In this document: positions 1 to 11,950 of the stretch, one piece after another
Layout of the letters: each line of letters starts with the position of its first letter
How positions within the stretch are numbered: the stretch's first letter is position 1
Assembly (NCBI GenBank): GCA_951406725.2
Contig: OX597823.1
Location: 9,424,001-9,488,000 of the forward strand
Source of the DNA: Octopus vulgaris
Lineage: Eukaryota
DNA length: 64,000 nt
Direction of reading: 5' to 3'
Program-made: the position numbers and the translations under genes
Notes under the pieces: generated by a model
What the model was told of the DNA's origin: nothing
The model's database searches: none
The model's input: the letters and a program-made list of their open reading frames with translations, nothing else

Positions 1-239
1 TTGTCAAGCAATGCTAGAGGGGCAAACACAGACACACAAACATATACATACACATACATACATATATATACATATATACGACAGGCTTCTTTCAGTTTCC
101 GTCTACCAAATCCACTCACAAGTCATTGGTCGGCCCGAGGCTATAGCAGAAGACACTTTCCCAAGATGCCACGCAGTGGGACTGAACCCAGAACCATGTG
201 GTTAGTAGGCAAGCTACTTACCACACAGCCACTCCTGCG

Positions 240-241
<2 letters not shown>
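1..241 (-). mobile_element. SINE family A copy (cut by window start)
   Basis: Reverse complement of the GGCGCAGGAGTGGCTGTGTGGTAAG...GGGTTCAGTCCC head (pol III A/B-box-like), plus body shared with >10 other copies in the window. Confidence 0.9.
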
Positions 242-292
<51 letters not shown>

Positions 293-706
293 TAAAGTTA
301 TTTAATGCTCCTGTAAATGGGCATTTGTGTGTGTATGTGGTGGTGTGTGTACGTGCGTTTTACTATATTTTTTATTGTATTATGTTTTTATTGTATTGTA
401 TTATTACGTGAGTGTGTGTTTCAGCATGTTCTACGCACATATCAATGGTGAGTAGGCGATTCTCTTCCTATCTCGCATATGTTCCCTCACTATGTATTTA
501 ATGCTTTTCCCAATCAATGAGGAATTATTCACAGATATCAGTTCAATAATCGGTCAACCGAAATCTCTCTTGAAAAAAAGAAATATATATAAAGGAAATG
601 GAGGATTATGTAAAATATAAAAGCAAAATTTAATGGAAATGTATTGGTTTATTGCTAGACTTTCTTTGCTCTTTTACATATACACATTGCATATTGTATA
701 CATGCG

Positions 707-738
<32 letters not shown>

Positions 739-1026
739 ATCACACATATAGGTATATTTGTCAAAGTGGGTGTATGTGTGTAAGCGCGCGCGCACACACA
801 CACAAACACGGATATATATACAGGCATATATATATATATATTCACGAATGGTATTAAAATGCCGAAACGTGATTTTTCAGTCTTGAGCAGAGAAAAGAAA
901 TGAATCATAGGATAACTTTTATGTGTCTAAGTAAAATAATAGTAATACTGGCGAATACGATGTTGATGATGATGATGATGATGACGACGACGATGATGAT
1001 GATGATACAAATGATGATAATAATCA

Positions 1027-1219
1027 TTTCTACGATAGACACAAGGCCTGGGGGAGAGAGTAGTCGTCTACATCGACCTCAGTACAAAACTAATACTTTT
1101 TTTTTCGACCTCCAAAGGATTAAAAGTAAAGCCGATCTCGGTGAAATTTGAACTCAGAGCACAAAGACGGACGAAATGCCGGTAAGCATTTTGTCCGGCG
1201 TGCTAACGATTCTGCCAGC
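1027..1219 (-). mobile_element. SINE family B, diverged copy with tail type 2
   Basis: Reverse-complement match to family B head (CTGGCAGAATCGTTAGCACGCC), core and ...AGGCCTTGTG..TA..GTAGAAA tail. Confidence 0.75.
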
Positions 1220-1879
1220 AATTGCATACCAATTGGTCTGATATGAAGAAATGAGATTTAAAAATCGGGGGGAAAAAATGCTTGTAAAAATCACTCAAAT
1301 ACAATGACGTGAAATGTAAAGTAAATGTATGGAAGATGGGATACACGAAAGTATATCATTACTGAACCGTTAAGGGTACAGGAAATAACGAAAGATCTGT
1401 CTGGGCTATATTCTGGAGATGAAGTTAAGAGGATATATCCCATTCAAGTGACTGATATTCTCACGAAAATACCAACTATAATTGCAAGAAAGTTTTTTTC
1501 TCAAGATCAGGCTCGCCTTAAAGAAAAGGAAGGGCTTCTGTAGATTAGAACAAATACAGCAAAAATAATAATAGTAATATTAATGGTGGTGGTGATAATG
1601 ATGATGATGATGATGATGATGATAAGGATAAGTATGTCCAAATACGACCTGTTATACATACATACACACATACGTACGCACACAGATACGCTCAAATATA
1701 TGTACATATATTAACAATGACTATAAACGCCAGGCGCTATGTGGTGCCATAAAGAAATATTCAATCGTCACTAAAAGTGATTAAAGGTGCCGAAGCAGCC
1801 ACTTTGCTAGAAATAAAAGTTAAATATCCTTAATAATGTAAGAATAGCCGAAACATATATATATATATATATATATATA

Positions 1880-2016
1880 ATAAATATTAGGGAATAAATC
1901 CAAATTTACAGGGAAAAAATCAGATTTAGGATTAAATCCAATTTTATAGTAAAATATTATATAATATTAATTAGAGACAAAACCACTATTTTGCAAAATA
2001 GTGGTTTTGTCTCTAA

Positions 2017-2029
<13 letters not shown>
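1880..2029. repeat. Short AT-rich insert in (TA)n ending in a 72-bp perfect palindrome (1958-2029)
   Basis: 36-bp arms with no spacer, centred at 1993/1994 (…CACTATTTTG|CAAAATAGTG…); (TA)n on both sides. Confidence 0.85.
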
Positions 2030-2077
<48 letters not shown>

Positions 2078-2134
2078 ATAAGAGCACAGAAAGTGTACCT
2101 AAAGCCAGCTGGAGACGATGGTCTCCTGGGGCTA

Positions 2135-2216
2135 AAAGCTACAGTAACACCGACCCTTAGTGGTTAGCCATATTGAGATGGCTAGTATACTTTACATTGT
2201 CGAGCGATTACTGTTT
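2135..2216 (+). mobile_element. Internal fragment of the non-autonomous Helitron family
   Basis: AAAAGCTACAGTAACACC...GTGGTTAGCCATATTGAGATGGCTA.TATACTTTACAT matches the body of copies at 22496, 27405, 29894 and 57494. Confidence 0.75.
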
Positions 2217-2268
2217 ACATCTCGTTCTGAGATTTATTATTGCTATATATATATATATATATATATAC

Positions 2269-2549
2269 GAGGCGCATGGTCAATGTGTTGCACTCACAAT
2301 TAAGAGATCGTGGGTTCGATTCTCAGACCGAACGTTGCGTTGTGTTCTTGAGCAAAGCACTTCACGTTACTCTGCGATCATCTCTTCATCTGATATGTGG
2401 CACCCATTGTATATGTACAGGCAATATCGGTCTGTTGGAGGGAGTGAGCTTATGTCTACACAAACATTTGATCACTATAAGCAAATCATCCCTATGGTTG
2501 TTCAGTAATAAATTGTCGAACTCTCATACGTCGTCTAACGACGTATGAG
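2269..2549 (+). mobile_element. Diverged tRNA-derived SINE (related to families C/D)
   Basis: GAGGCGCATGG...GGGTTCGATTC head, TGTGTTCTTGAGCAAAGCACTT CORE-like block, CGTCGT..AACGACG tail. Confidence 0.7.
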
Positions 2550-2563
2550 TCCATGGTAACATA

Positions 2564-3440
2564 CGAGGGGAACTGACAAAATTATCCACACTTTCGCTAT
2601 AACATATCCTTATTAATGACACATTGCCTTCTCTGCATGCACGTTATTGTGGTTACGTAATCGAAGTTTGAGCCTGATCGCGCCATTTTTCTTTTCTGGT
2701 TTATACTGTAAGCATGGCTGCCCCACTAGTAATGTGCATCAAAGAAGAACAAAGAGCTATGATCCGATTTCTTTGGTCGGAAGGTGTATCACAGGTGATG
2801 AAGCATGGGTCCATCATATGAGGCAAAATCCAAAAGAGAGCACAGTATAGAAACATCTTGGCTCGCCGGCGACAAAGAAGTTCAAGGTTCAATCTTCAGC
2901 GAGAAAGGTGATGCTAACCATTTTTTTTTTTTGTCTCTCAAAAGGACCTATACTGGAAGACTACCTGCAAAATTGGTGTACGTTTAATAGTGCATGATAC
3001 AGTGTTTTGCTGGCCAACAGACTGAAGCCAGCAATTTGCAACTAACGCCGAAGCTTATTGCCGAAGTAATTTTGTTGTTGCATGAAAATGTATGCTAACA
3101 CACGACCGCCCAAACCGTTGAAGCTATTAACCGGTTGAGTTTTTAGGTGCTGGAACAGATCTCATCCCTTCTGACTATCATATCTTTGGACTGCTCAAAT
3201 ATTGTTTACGAGGTCGTTGATTTCCTACAGATGAGGATGTGAAGAAAGCGCAGCATAAATTGTTGCACGACCAACAGAAAACCTTCTTCTTGGAAGGAAT
3301 ACATAAGCTTGTTCACTGCTTGATTAAGTGTATCGAAAAGGAAGGAGACTATATAGAAAAATGAGTTACTTGTTTATCTCCTACTTTTAGGTAAACACAT
3401 TGTAAAACCAAGAGTGCCTATAATTTTTTACGCTCCCTTG
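2564..3440 (+). mobile_element. Decayed, internally deleted mariner (Tc1/mariner DD34D) transposon; transposase pseudogene
   Basis: TA|CGAGGGG start with imperfect TIR at ~3412-3440. Frameshifted peptides RCITGDEAWVHH (2782), KKFKVQSSARKVMLTIF (2875), LLLHEN (3072), DLIPSDYHIFGLLK (3158) and KCIEKEGDYIEK* (3326-3364) match mariner catalytic-domain motifs. Confidence 0.92.
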
Positions 3441-3465
3441 TCTGTATACATACATACATTCATGG

Positions 3466-4017
3466 TAGATGCCCCCTCGTTATCGAGTATGACCATTGCA
3501 CGAAGCTTAATCAATGTTGTTATCGTGCAATGCCTGTGCAAGAAGATTTGTTTAAAGTGAAGAAAGGCTGTGCACTGAGTCAATCCCACTCACTAAGCAA
3601 CAGTAGCCATAATCCGAAAAGAAAAGCAAGTCAACATCATCGGTAACCACTGAGCCGCAGGTTTTATGTCGGAGCTATCCCAGTTACCTGAGTTACCTTT
3701 TCCTAGAAGGATTCCCTAACAAAGGCTAGGGGTGCTTCACTCCCAATGAACCGCGCGATCGGGTATTCAGTTCGATTATTTCTACGTCCCCGCGCATGAT
3801 ACAGCCTTAAGACATTTATTGGATGGCCGTTGACTCTCATGAGTTCCTCCGCCCTTTGATGGGTTTTGTTTTTCATCCCGCAGGGTGTCCAATAAACACC
3901 CTCCTCACCAAGCAAGCAAGCTTGGTGGGGTTGTCGGTTTAGTCGCCGATGACTCGACCATGCAACAGGTTGTACTGGGTTACATGTTACCAGTAGCACT
4001 CGAAAGTGACCTGACAT
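3466..4017 (-). mobile_element. Non-autonomous RTE-derived element (5'UTR-like part joined to an RTE-type 3' tail, no ORF)
   Basis: Minus-strand 3' end ATGGTCATACTCGATAACGAGGGGGCATC resembles the RTE/BovB terminal stem-loop; GC-richer, hairpin-rich 5' part; no RT ORF. Family assignment is from memory. Confidence 0.6.
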
Positions 4018-4274
4018 AATACATGCACACTTACATACACACACACATATCACATATATATATTTATATATGCATTTTCTTCACTAGTCTCAGTTCGGGA
4101 TCTGCGGCCATGCTAGGGCACCATATACATACATAGAACATACATACATTCATGCATACAAACACAAAACATATATAAATACACACACACATATGTGTGT
4201 GTGTGTATATACTAAAACCTCATGGGGTTTTTTGAGCAAAAAATACTTATAACTTATAACCCAGAAGCAAACTG

Positions 4275-4325
<51 letters not shown>
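4275..4325. repeat. (CTA)n microsatellite
   Basis: Direct reading. Confidence 0.95.
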
Positions 4326-4812
4326 GGCAGAATTAAACTAATGTAGATTATATAGTGATGAAGTAGAGGATGTAGCCTTTATGGTAATTAGCTATACAAA
4401 TGGACTTCAAACATTTGATGTTCGTGTACAAGAAAGTAATGGAGAAACAGGAAATACGTGCAAAGTAGTCTTCAAAATATAAAGACTCCCAGAACGTGAT
4501 GGAAACCATGTTGCGCTTCAACCAGTTGCTCTATTCTGACAGAATACAACAAGCAGATTTCAATTACTCTTCCTCTCACAAGAACCAGTGTTGCCACTTT
4601 TCCCATATACCTTTCATCATGTCTTTAAAAGGGAATAATATCAGCTCCCGTCACCGGCTGATTTACTTGGCATTTGAAGTTGATGTGGACTTATCCTGAG
4701 AAATGGGGATCTCTCCTCAACTCTTTCAAACACGTCTACGAATCCACGAAAATTGTTTTCTTTTCATCACAAACGGATTATGCTGGGACAATAATCACGA
4801 TAGAATCCACCT

Positions 4813-4966
4813 GAGTGGCTGTGTGGTAAGTAGCTTGTCTACCAACCACATGGTTCCGGGTTCAGTCCCACTGCCTGGCACCCTGGGCAAGTGTCTTCTA
4901 CTATAGCCTTGGGCGACCAAATCCTTGTGAGTGGATTTAGTAGACGGAAACTGAAAGTAGCTTGTC

Positions 4967-5021
<55 letters not shown>

Positions 5022-5240
5022 TGTGTGTGTTTGTGTGTCTGTGTTTGTCCCCTAGCATTGCTTGACAACCGATGCTGGTGTGTTTATGTCCCCGTTACTT
5101 AGAGGTTCGGCAAAAGAGACCGATATAATAAGTACTGGGCTTACAAAAGAATAAGTCCCGGGGTCGAGTTGTCGATTAAAAGGCGGTGCTCCAGCATGGC
5201 CACAGTCAAATGACTGAAACAAGTAAAAGAGTAAAAGAGT
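4813..5240 (+). mobile_element. SINE family A, near full length
   Basis: tRNA-like head, internal (TA)n(TG)n, 3' tail GGCGGTGCTCCAGCATGGCC.CAGTCAAATGACTGAAAC and (GTAAAAGA)n end. Confidence 0.92.
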
Positions 5241-6689
5241 ATAACCTAATTTATCCTGCATGCAAAAACAGCCATTGGTCTTATCTTTATAAGTCAGTAA
5301 TGTTCAAGCTCGGAATGAGGGCAAGAGTAACCAGTTAATCGCACTCGGACAATACTGAGAGGCAACTGACGACCGACCACTGCGTATCTGTATTGCTCAA
5401 ACTGAACGTATTAGTGTCGTATATAAAACCGTATTTCTAATGATCAGATATAGCGGCTATGGTTTTTCCGTTATGTTCTTACCTCAATGTATACTTTGTA
5501 CTTAATTATCTTTTAAGGTTCTAGAACATGATTTGAGGGTAATTTGATTTGCAGGGATCATGTAGACTCTACCTTTGTATCGTATCTCGTTGGAAGGATG
5601 TTGTTGTTGTTGGTTGGATGCTGATGGTTATCCACTGGTCAAACAAGAACGAATGGATCCTTAGGTTAATATGTTAATGATGTAGTGACGGCAAACACCC
5701 AGTCCGTTTTCAGTCTATTTAGGTCTATGTTATACGCTATATCGTTTCCTTTTTGAACACTGTAGTATGGGTTTTGAGAAAAATGTAACTGCTCTTTTCA
5801 GCAGTTTGAGGCACTGCTAAATATATTTACGATCTTAACTGTTGTATTGATTCATTTTTGTAGTGGACATTGATAATTGCTTTACTTTGTAAATTAAATT
5901 CAGTTTTGTACATCATAACAAAGATGTATTCCTCCTAGGGGTATTTAATTAATTTTAAAAGCATTTAGTTCCATTTTAGTAGATTTATTACATTCATTTA
6001 TATTTAGTGAAATTGTGTTCGCTTGTAGTTAAATTCGTTCGTCTTAAAACAATTTACTGTATTTTAGTTAATGATTAGTGAATCACGTTCCGTTATTATT
6101 AAATTTAGTTAATTTTAGTTGATTTCTTAGCTGCTTTCGATAGACGTTGGTAATTCTGTGAAATAATTTTAGTATACTTAAAAACACTGAAACGAAATTG
6201 AAGGAAACTTACAGACAGCAACTCTTCACATCAATCCTTTCAAGTTTCTGTATCTCCTGGCTCTATTTTCTTTAATCTTGTGTTTATTTGTAATCTATCC
6301 TCTTCCTTATCTACTTCATTATCTCTTTTGCAATTTTTAATACTTTTTCCCCGCCTCGTTCTTTTGTTCTCTTCTTTAACCCGATACACTTCTGTCTCCA
6401 TATTTTGATGCGCTTAATCTACCAATTTCTTTATTAGTTATCGTCCTTATTTTCCTTTAGGGCCTTTTTGTACTCACTTTCACATTTCCTAATTTTCTAC
6501 TTCGAAACAGGGATAAAAATAAAAGCAGGCTTTCTCATATAAATTTCAATCACTTTTGATTCACCCACTCACTCCTCAATTTTCTCAGGTTTCATTTCCT
6601 TATATCTTCTATTTCTTCCTCGGAATATTTTTCGTTCGACGCCGAGCAATAAACGATATTGGTTTCCTTATTCGTTTATCCGTTTTGTT

Positions 6690-7546
6690 TCTCCTCCTCC
6701 ATTTCCTCTTCTTCTTCTTCTTCTTCTTCTTCTTCTTCTTCTTCTTCTTCTTCTTCTTCTTCTTCTTCTTCTTCTTCTTCTTCTTCTTCTTCTTCGTCTT
6801 ATTATTATTATTATTATTATTATTATCCTCTTCTTCTTCTTCTGCTTCTCCTTCACTTCTTATTCTTCTTCTTCTTCTTCTCCTCCTCCTCCTCTTCTTC
6901 TTCTTCTTCTTCTTCTTCTTCTTCTTCTTCTCCTCTTCTTCTTCTTCTTCTTCTTCTTATCCTCTTCCTCCTCCTCCTCTTCTTCTTCTCCTCCCCCTCC
7001 CCCTCCTCTTCTTCTTCTTCTTCTTCTTCTTCTTCTCCTTCTCTTTTTACTCCTCCTCTTCTACTTCTACTCCTCCTCCTCCTCCTCCTCTTCTTCTTCT
7101 TCTTCTTCTTCTCCTCTCCTCTTCTTCTTCTCCTCTTCTTCTCCTCCTCTTCTTCCTGTTCTCCTTCTTCTTCTCCTTCTTCTTGTTCTTGTTCTTCTTG
7201 TTGTTGTTCTTCTTCCTCTTCTTCTTCTTCTCCTCCCCTCCTCTTCTTCTTCTTCTTCTTCTTCTCCTCTTCCTCCTTCTCCTTTTCTTCTCCTCCTCCT
7301 CCCCCCTCCTCCCCTTCCTCTCCTCTTCTTCTTCTTCTCCTCCCCCTCCTCCTCTTCTTCTTCTTCTTATCCTCTTCCTCCTTCTCCTCTTCTTCTCCTC
7401 CTCCTCCCCCTCCTCCCCCTCCCCTCCTCTTCTTCTTCTTCTCTTGCTCTTCTCCTCCTCCTCTTCTTCTTCTTCTTCTCCTCCTCCTCCTCCTTTTTCT
7501 TCTTCTTCTTCTTCTTCTTCTTCTTCTTCTTCTTCTTCTTCTTCTT
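6690..7546. repeat. ~850-bp (TTC/TCC)n polypyrimidine tract with a short (TTA)n interruption
   Basis: Direct reading; source of the poly-F/L/S/E/K ORFs. Confidence 0.97.
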
Positions 7547-7683
7547 GTGATTCAAACACGGGCCCTTTAAATTATAGATATAAGTCATACGACGACCTTT
7601 CACACAGCTTCAGTGCACTATATAATCGCTAATTTCATAAGCGATCTTGTAAGATGAATCTTGTAAGGTTGTGAAGCGGTCAT

Positions 7684-8115
7684 CGGATCTTTACGGTTTG
7701 AACGGCAGTTTTTTTCTAGCGGTGTCATATGAAATTGTCACCCATAATTATGACCCTAGTATCGATCTATTGCATTTCAATCTGTTTTAGGGTTAGTTAG
7801 GTTTAGGGTTAGGGGTGGGGGGAAGGGTATCTTTTTTTTCTTCACAAATGTAAATAAACCCAATCTGTTTCTTAACCGAGGGACATATTCATACGGCACA
7901 GAATGATTTTTAACTCAATAGACGTATTTGATTGGTTAAAATTGCAGAAAGTGAAGAAAATAAACGACAAATATCTTACAAACTATGGAATTTTCTCAAG
8001 AAAGCCAAGAGAAAAAGATGTTTTATAAACACATTCTACCAGTATACGAAGTTTAAAAGTGTTTAGTTATGTGGAAATTATTTTTAAAAACTGCCGTTCA
8101 AACCGAATACATCCC
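7684..8115 (+). mobile_element. Non-autonomous TIR DNA transposon (MITE) with internal TTAGGG repeats and 6-bp TSD
   Basis: ~30-bp TIRs (GGATCTTT.CGGTTTGAACGGCAGTTTTT / AAAAACTGCCGTTCAAACCG...ATCCC); TSD GGTCAT at 7678-7683 and 8116-8121. Confidence 0.9.
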
Positions 8116-8254
8116 GGTCATCTTAGATTTATGAAGCTTATTAGATTTGATATTCAGTAGGTTATCAAGGAAAAATAGCTTGCGTTTAGAATGTGCATGT
8201 CATGAACTGCCTCCAGTCAGGAACTATATACACTCATGAAATATTTTCAAATAT

Positions 8255-8496
8255 ACTCTCTTACTTGTTTCAGTCATTTGACTGCGGCCATGCTGGAGTA
8301 TCGCCTTTAGTCGAATCAAATCGACCCCAGGACTTATTCTTTGTATACCTAGTACTTATTCTATCGATATCTTTTGCCGAACTGCTAAGTTACGGGGACC
8401 TAAACACACCAGCATCGGTTGGCAAACGATGTTGGTGGGGACAAGCACAGATACACAACATATACACGCACATACATATACGTATACATACATTCG

Positions 8497-8531
<35 letters not shown>

Positions 8532-8690
8532 GGTGGGCTTCTTTCAGTTTCCGTCTACCAAATCCACTCACAAGGCTTTGGTCGGCCCGGTGCTATAGTA
8601 GAAGGCAGTTGTCCAAGGTGCCAGGCAGTGGGACTGAACCCGGAACCATGTGGTTGGTAAGCAAGCTACTTACCACACAGCCACTCCTGC
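8255..8690 (-). mobile_element. SINE family A, full length
   Basis: Reverse-complement match to the other family A copies over head, body and tail. Confidence 0.92.
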
Positions 8691-9007
8691 ATTTTACATA
8701 CTATATATAGGTTGGCAATCTTCGACCAGAAATGCTATGCACTAAGTCATTGTTGTGACTTGAGTGTGAAGAAATGTATTGACTCATGAAACTGTAAATT
8801 AAATATCAAGACGGTAAATCATTTTAGTCGTTAGTGCTCGATGCATGAATGCACGTGACATTACCGATCTTCAATCACTCCGCAATGCAATAATTGTTAT
8901 TAAATAAAAAAAATGTTTATCTTCGAATTGTCCACAGAATTCTAGCATTTTATCTCAGCAAAGCAGTAATGTTATCATGTTATCTCTAGTAATGCTATCA
9001 TGATCAT

Positions 9008-9222
9008 CCTTTCTACTATAGGCACACGGGCTGGAAGTTGGAGGAAGGAGATTATTCAACTACATCGACCTCTGTACTTGACTGAACTTTATTTCATCCT
9101 TCACGAAAGGGTGAAAGGCAAGGTCAACTTCAGTGGTATTTGAACTCCGAACATAAAGAACCTGAAGAAATTTCGCCGAGCATTCTGCCCAACACTGTAA
9201 CGATTTAGTCAGCTAACCACCT
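9008..9222 (-). mobile_element. SINE family B, old diverged copy (tail type 2)
   Basis: TCCTTTCTACTATAGGCAC... tail and degenerate core (GAAAGGGTGAAAGGCAAGGTCAAC). Confidence 0.7.
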
Positions 9223-9664
9223 TATAATGTTGTAGTTATAAGGAAAATGAAAATATTAGACTGTTATACTAATCGTATAGTTTCTAAAAAAAACCCTCAC
9301 AACTCACACCATATTAAATCTATCCGGAGGATTCATAATCACTCAAATATTTTGCCGGGCGGAAAATTTCTAACTTTGCTTTAAAGTTTTTGTATCACTA
9401 TTATAATTGTTTTATCACCGACACAGTTATGGTTTTACTCAACTTCTCACTGAAACCGCTTGTTACTCAATTTGTAATTGTCTCAGTAATTTATTTGTGA
9501 CAAAGATGCCACAAGGAAAATGTTCCACACAGAAACTGTGTTACGATGAATAACGATACACATCTTCCGTTATTCATTTGCTATGTATATCATAAACATT
9601 CATATAAACACATTACACTATTGCCAACTCATTGTTAGGATGAACAATTCTAAATCTATATATT

Positions 9665-9990
9665 CCAGCTGCCACAGCTGTGTAGTTAAGGAGATCACTT
9701 TCCAACTACGTCGTTTCATGTTCATTTCGACTGAACCGAAGCGTGGGCAAGTATCGTCTACTGTAGCCCCGAGTTGACTAATATCTTGTATATGAATTTG
9801 GCTGATGGAAACTGAGTGGAAGCTTGCTGGTTATATAAATACATACTCACATTTGTGTCTATGGCTATATAGATACGTGCGTATATCTTTGTGTCTGTGT
9901 TGGTCCAGTCTCACCGCTTCACGACCAGTGTGGGTTTTTAACGTACACGTTATGTTGTGGTTCATCAAAAGAAAACGATACAACAAGTGC
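9665..9990 (+). mobile_element. Highly diverged SINE family A relic
   Basis: Degenerate GCTGTGTAGTTAAG...GGGCAAGT..CTACTGTAGCCCCGAG...GATGGAAACTG blocks in family A order. Confidence 0.55.
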
Positions 9991-11082
9991 CAAACTTAAA
10001 GACAAAACGAAGTGCTGAAATCTCTGCCAGAGCTGTAAACATCAAATAACATGCTTCACGAAGGTCTGAAGACTAACCAATAGGATTAAACGTTAATTGC
10101 AATATGAAGAGCTACAACTATGCTATGGACAAAAAAGCTACAGCTGAATTTCATGAATTTAGCAAATATATGCATTACTTTGTTTTTAGTATGCTGTTTG
10201 TTGGAAAAAAGCCTACATATTTTCGTCCAAAATGGTTAAAAACAGGAAATTAATCGATTTAAACTATATACCGGCAGCTGAAATTAGTATAAAATAGACA
10301 TATTATTAACGTAAACCCATCCAGTTGGGGAACACATGATTTAAAGTGGACAATTCTTCTTTAGAACAATTTCACAATATATTATTTCTGCTGTGAAAAT
10401 AATTCAGCAATAGTACTTTTATAATTGCAACAGATTTCAGTAGACTGAGTGAAGCTTCAGAATGATATTATTCAGTTGGAAAGACAGCCAGGTTTTCATT
10501 GTAAATAATATAAATTATGCATTTTACTGCGCTGCTCTGTATTGTGTTGCAGCGTTACCACTGTTACAGTGAACATAGCGGAAATATTTTAACGCTTTCA
10601 TATAGATTGTCTTTCACCGTTTATACGTACTATTAAATTCTTCCTGTAGAGATATTCATTGATACAAGAAAGGTTAAATATTCATTGAGTGAATATTTGT
10701 AATACTCATTTGTGTTCTCACATAAAGTTACTTTCCAATGATAATTGAAAAAAATTTCTTAGACTTGTCTGATATTCTTTTCTGTATTAAAGAATTAACG
10801 TAACCCTTTAACAATTACAATAATAGCAGAGACTATACTATAATGAAATACCGTTGCTAAGCTCTCGTACGTAACATTTATGTTAATCAAGAGTCTGGGT
10901 AGACATGTTCTTCGACCTCCAAGTACAATTGGCATATTTCGCACCAGACTGAATTCGATCACTTAATCTGCAGGAGACAAATTTACGTATATCGAATCTA
11001 ACATAAAAATATGGCTTAGTGAATCAGAAATTCTGTTGCGCACAAATAAGTAAAACATTTTCTCTGTTATATTATGCCTTTG

Positions 11083-11330
11083 TGGAGGAGCGTGGCTTAG
11101 TGGTTAGGGTGTCAGCACCATGATCGTAAGATTGTGGTTTCGATTCCTGGACCGGGCGACCTGTTGTGTTCTTGAGCAAAACACTTCATTTCACGTCGCT
11201 CCAGTCCACTCAGCTGGCAAAAATGAGTAACGCTGCGATGGACGGGCGTCCCATCCAGTTGGGGAACACATACGCCATAGAAACCGGGAAACCTGGCCCA
11301 TGAGCCTAGATAGGCTTTAAATGGGCGCTT
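11083..11330 (+). mobile_element. SINE family D copy 1 (tRNA head + CORE-like domain)
   Basis: TGGCTTAGTGGTTAGGG A box, GGTTTCGATTCC B box, TGTGTTCTTGAGCAAAACACTT CORE-like block. Confidence 0.88.
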
Positions 11331-11337
11331 TTATCTG

Positions 11338-11590
11338 TGGAAGCATGTGGCTTATTGGTTAGGGTGTCAGCACCATGATCGTAAGATTGTGGTTTCGATT
11401 CCTGGACCGAGCGACGCGTTGTGTTCTTGAGCAAAACACTTCATTTCACGTTGCTCCAGTCCTCTCAGCTGGCAAAAATGAGTAACGCTGCGATGGACTG
11501 GCGTCCTATTCAGCTGCGGAACATATACGCCATTGAAATCGGGAAACCGGGTGCATGAACCTGGCTAGGCTTTAAAAGGGTGCATTTATT
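11338..11590 (+). mobile_element. SINE family D copy 2, head-to-tail with copy 1
   Basis: Collinear with 11083-11330 with scattered substitutions; (TTTA)n tail. Confidence 0.88.
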
Positions 11591-11950
11591 TTATTTTATT
11601 ACTAAATTATGACTTTAAATATAGGTCAATCCTATCATCATAATCTATTTGTGCAATCTGGCCTTTTTTTATAGATATTAATGCAAAAACCTAACCTGAA
11701 AAATCGCTATTGATTCTCGCAACAATGGAGGAACTCACTTCCTTTGTAATTATCATCAACTCTGCATATGGAACGGCCAATCATGTGTTGAATATATACA
11801 AGGAAACCGAAAAATACTCGGAAACAAATAGCGCTTTTGATAAAACAAAGTCCAGAAGTAAGATTTTAAATACTTAGAATTATAACGGAAAATTGAGATA
11901 TTTTAAAAATCCGTCTAGAGCAATGCAACAATTGAAGAATTTACGGCAAT

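Noticed and set aside
3920-4015. Calling the RTE 5' structure an HDV-like ribozyme
   Set aside because: A P2/P3/CTAA parse exists, but L3 (TTTCGA) is non-consensus and no P1 5' strand is present; kept only as an unclassified candidate.
4348-4800. Coding-looking unique sequence (also 1325-1543, 31281-31321, 53150-53660, 57322-57490)
   Set aside because: Short frames interrupted by stops and no recognisable domain; isolated splice-like motifs are expected by chance. BLASTx or RNA-seq would be needed.
5880-6690. Possible decayed LINE ORF on the minus strand
   Set aside because: A-rich minus strand with only vague similarity (e.g. YSEEEIEDI); no diagnostic motif.
6556-7632. 358-aa and overlapping long ORFs
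   Set aside because: Translations of the (TTC/TCC)n tract, open in several frames and on both strands; no domain content.
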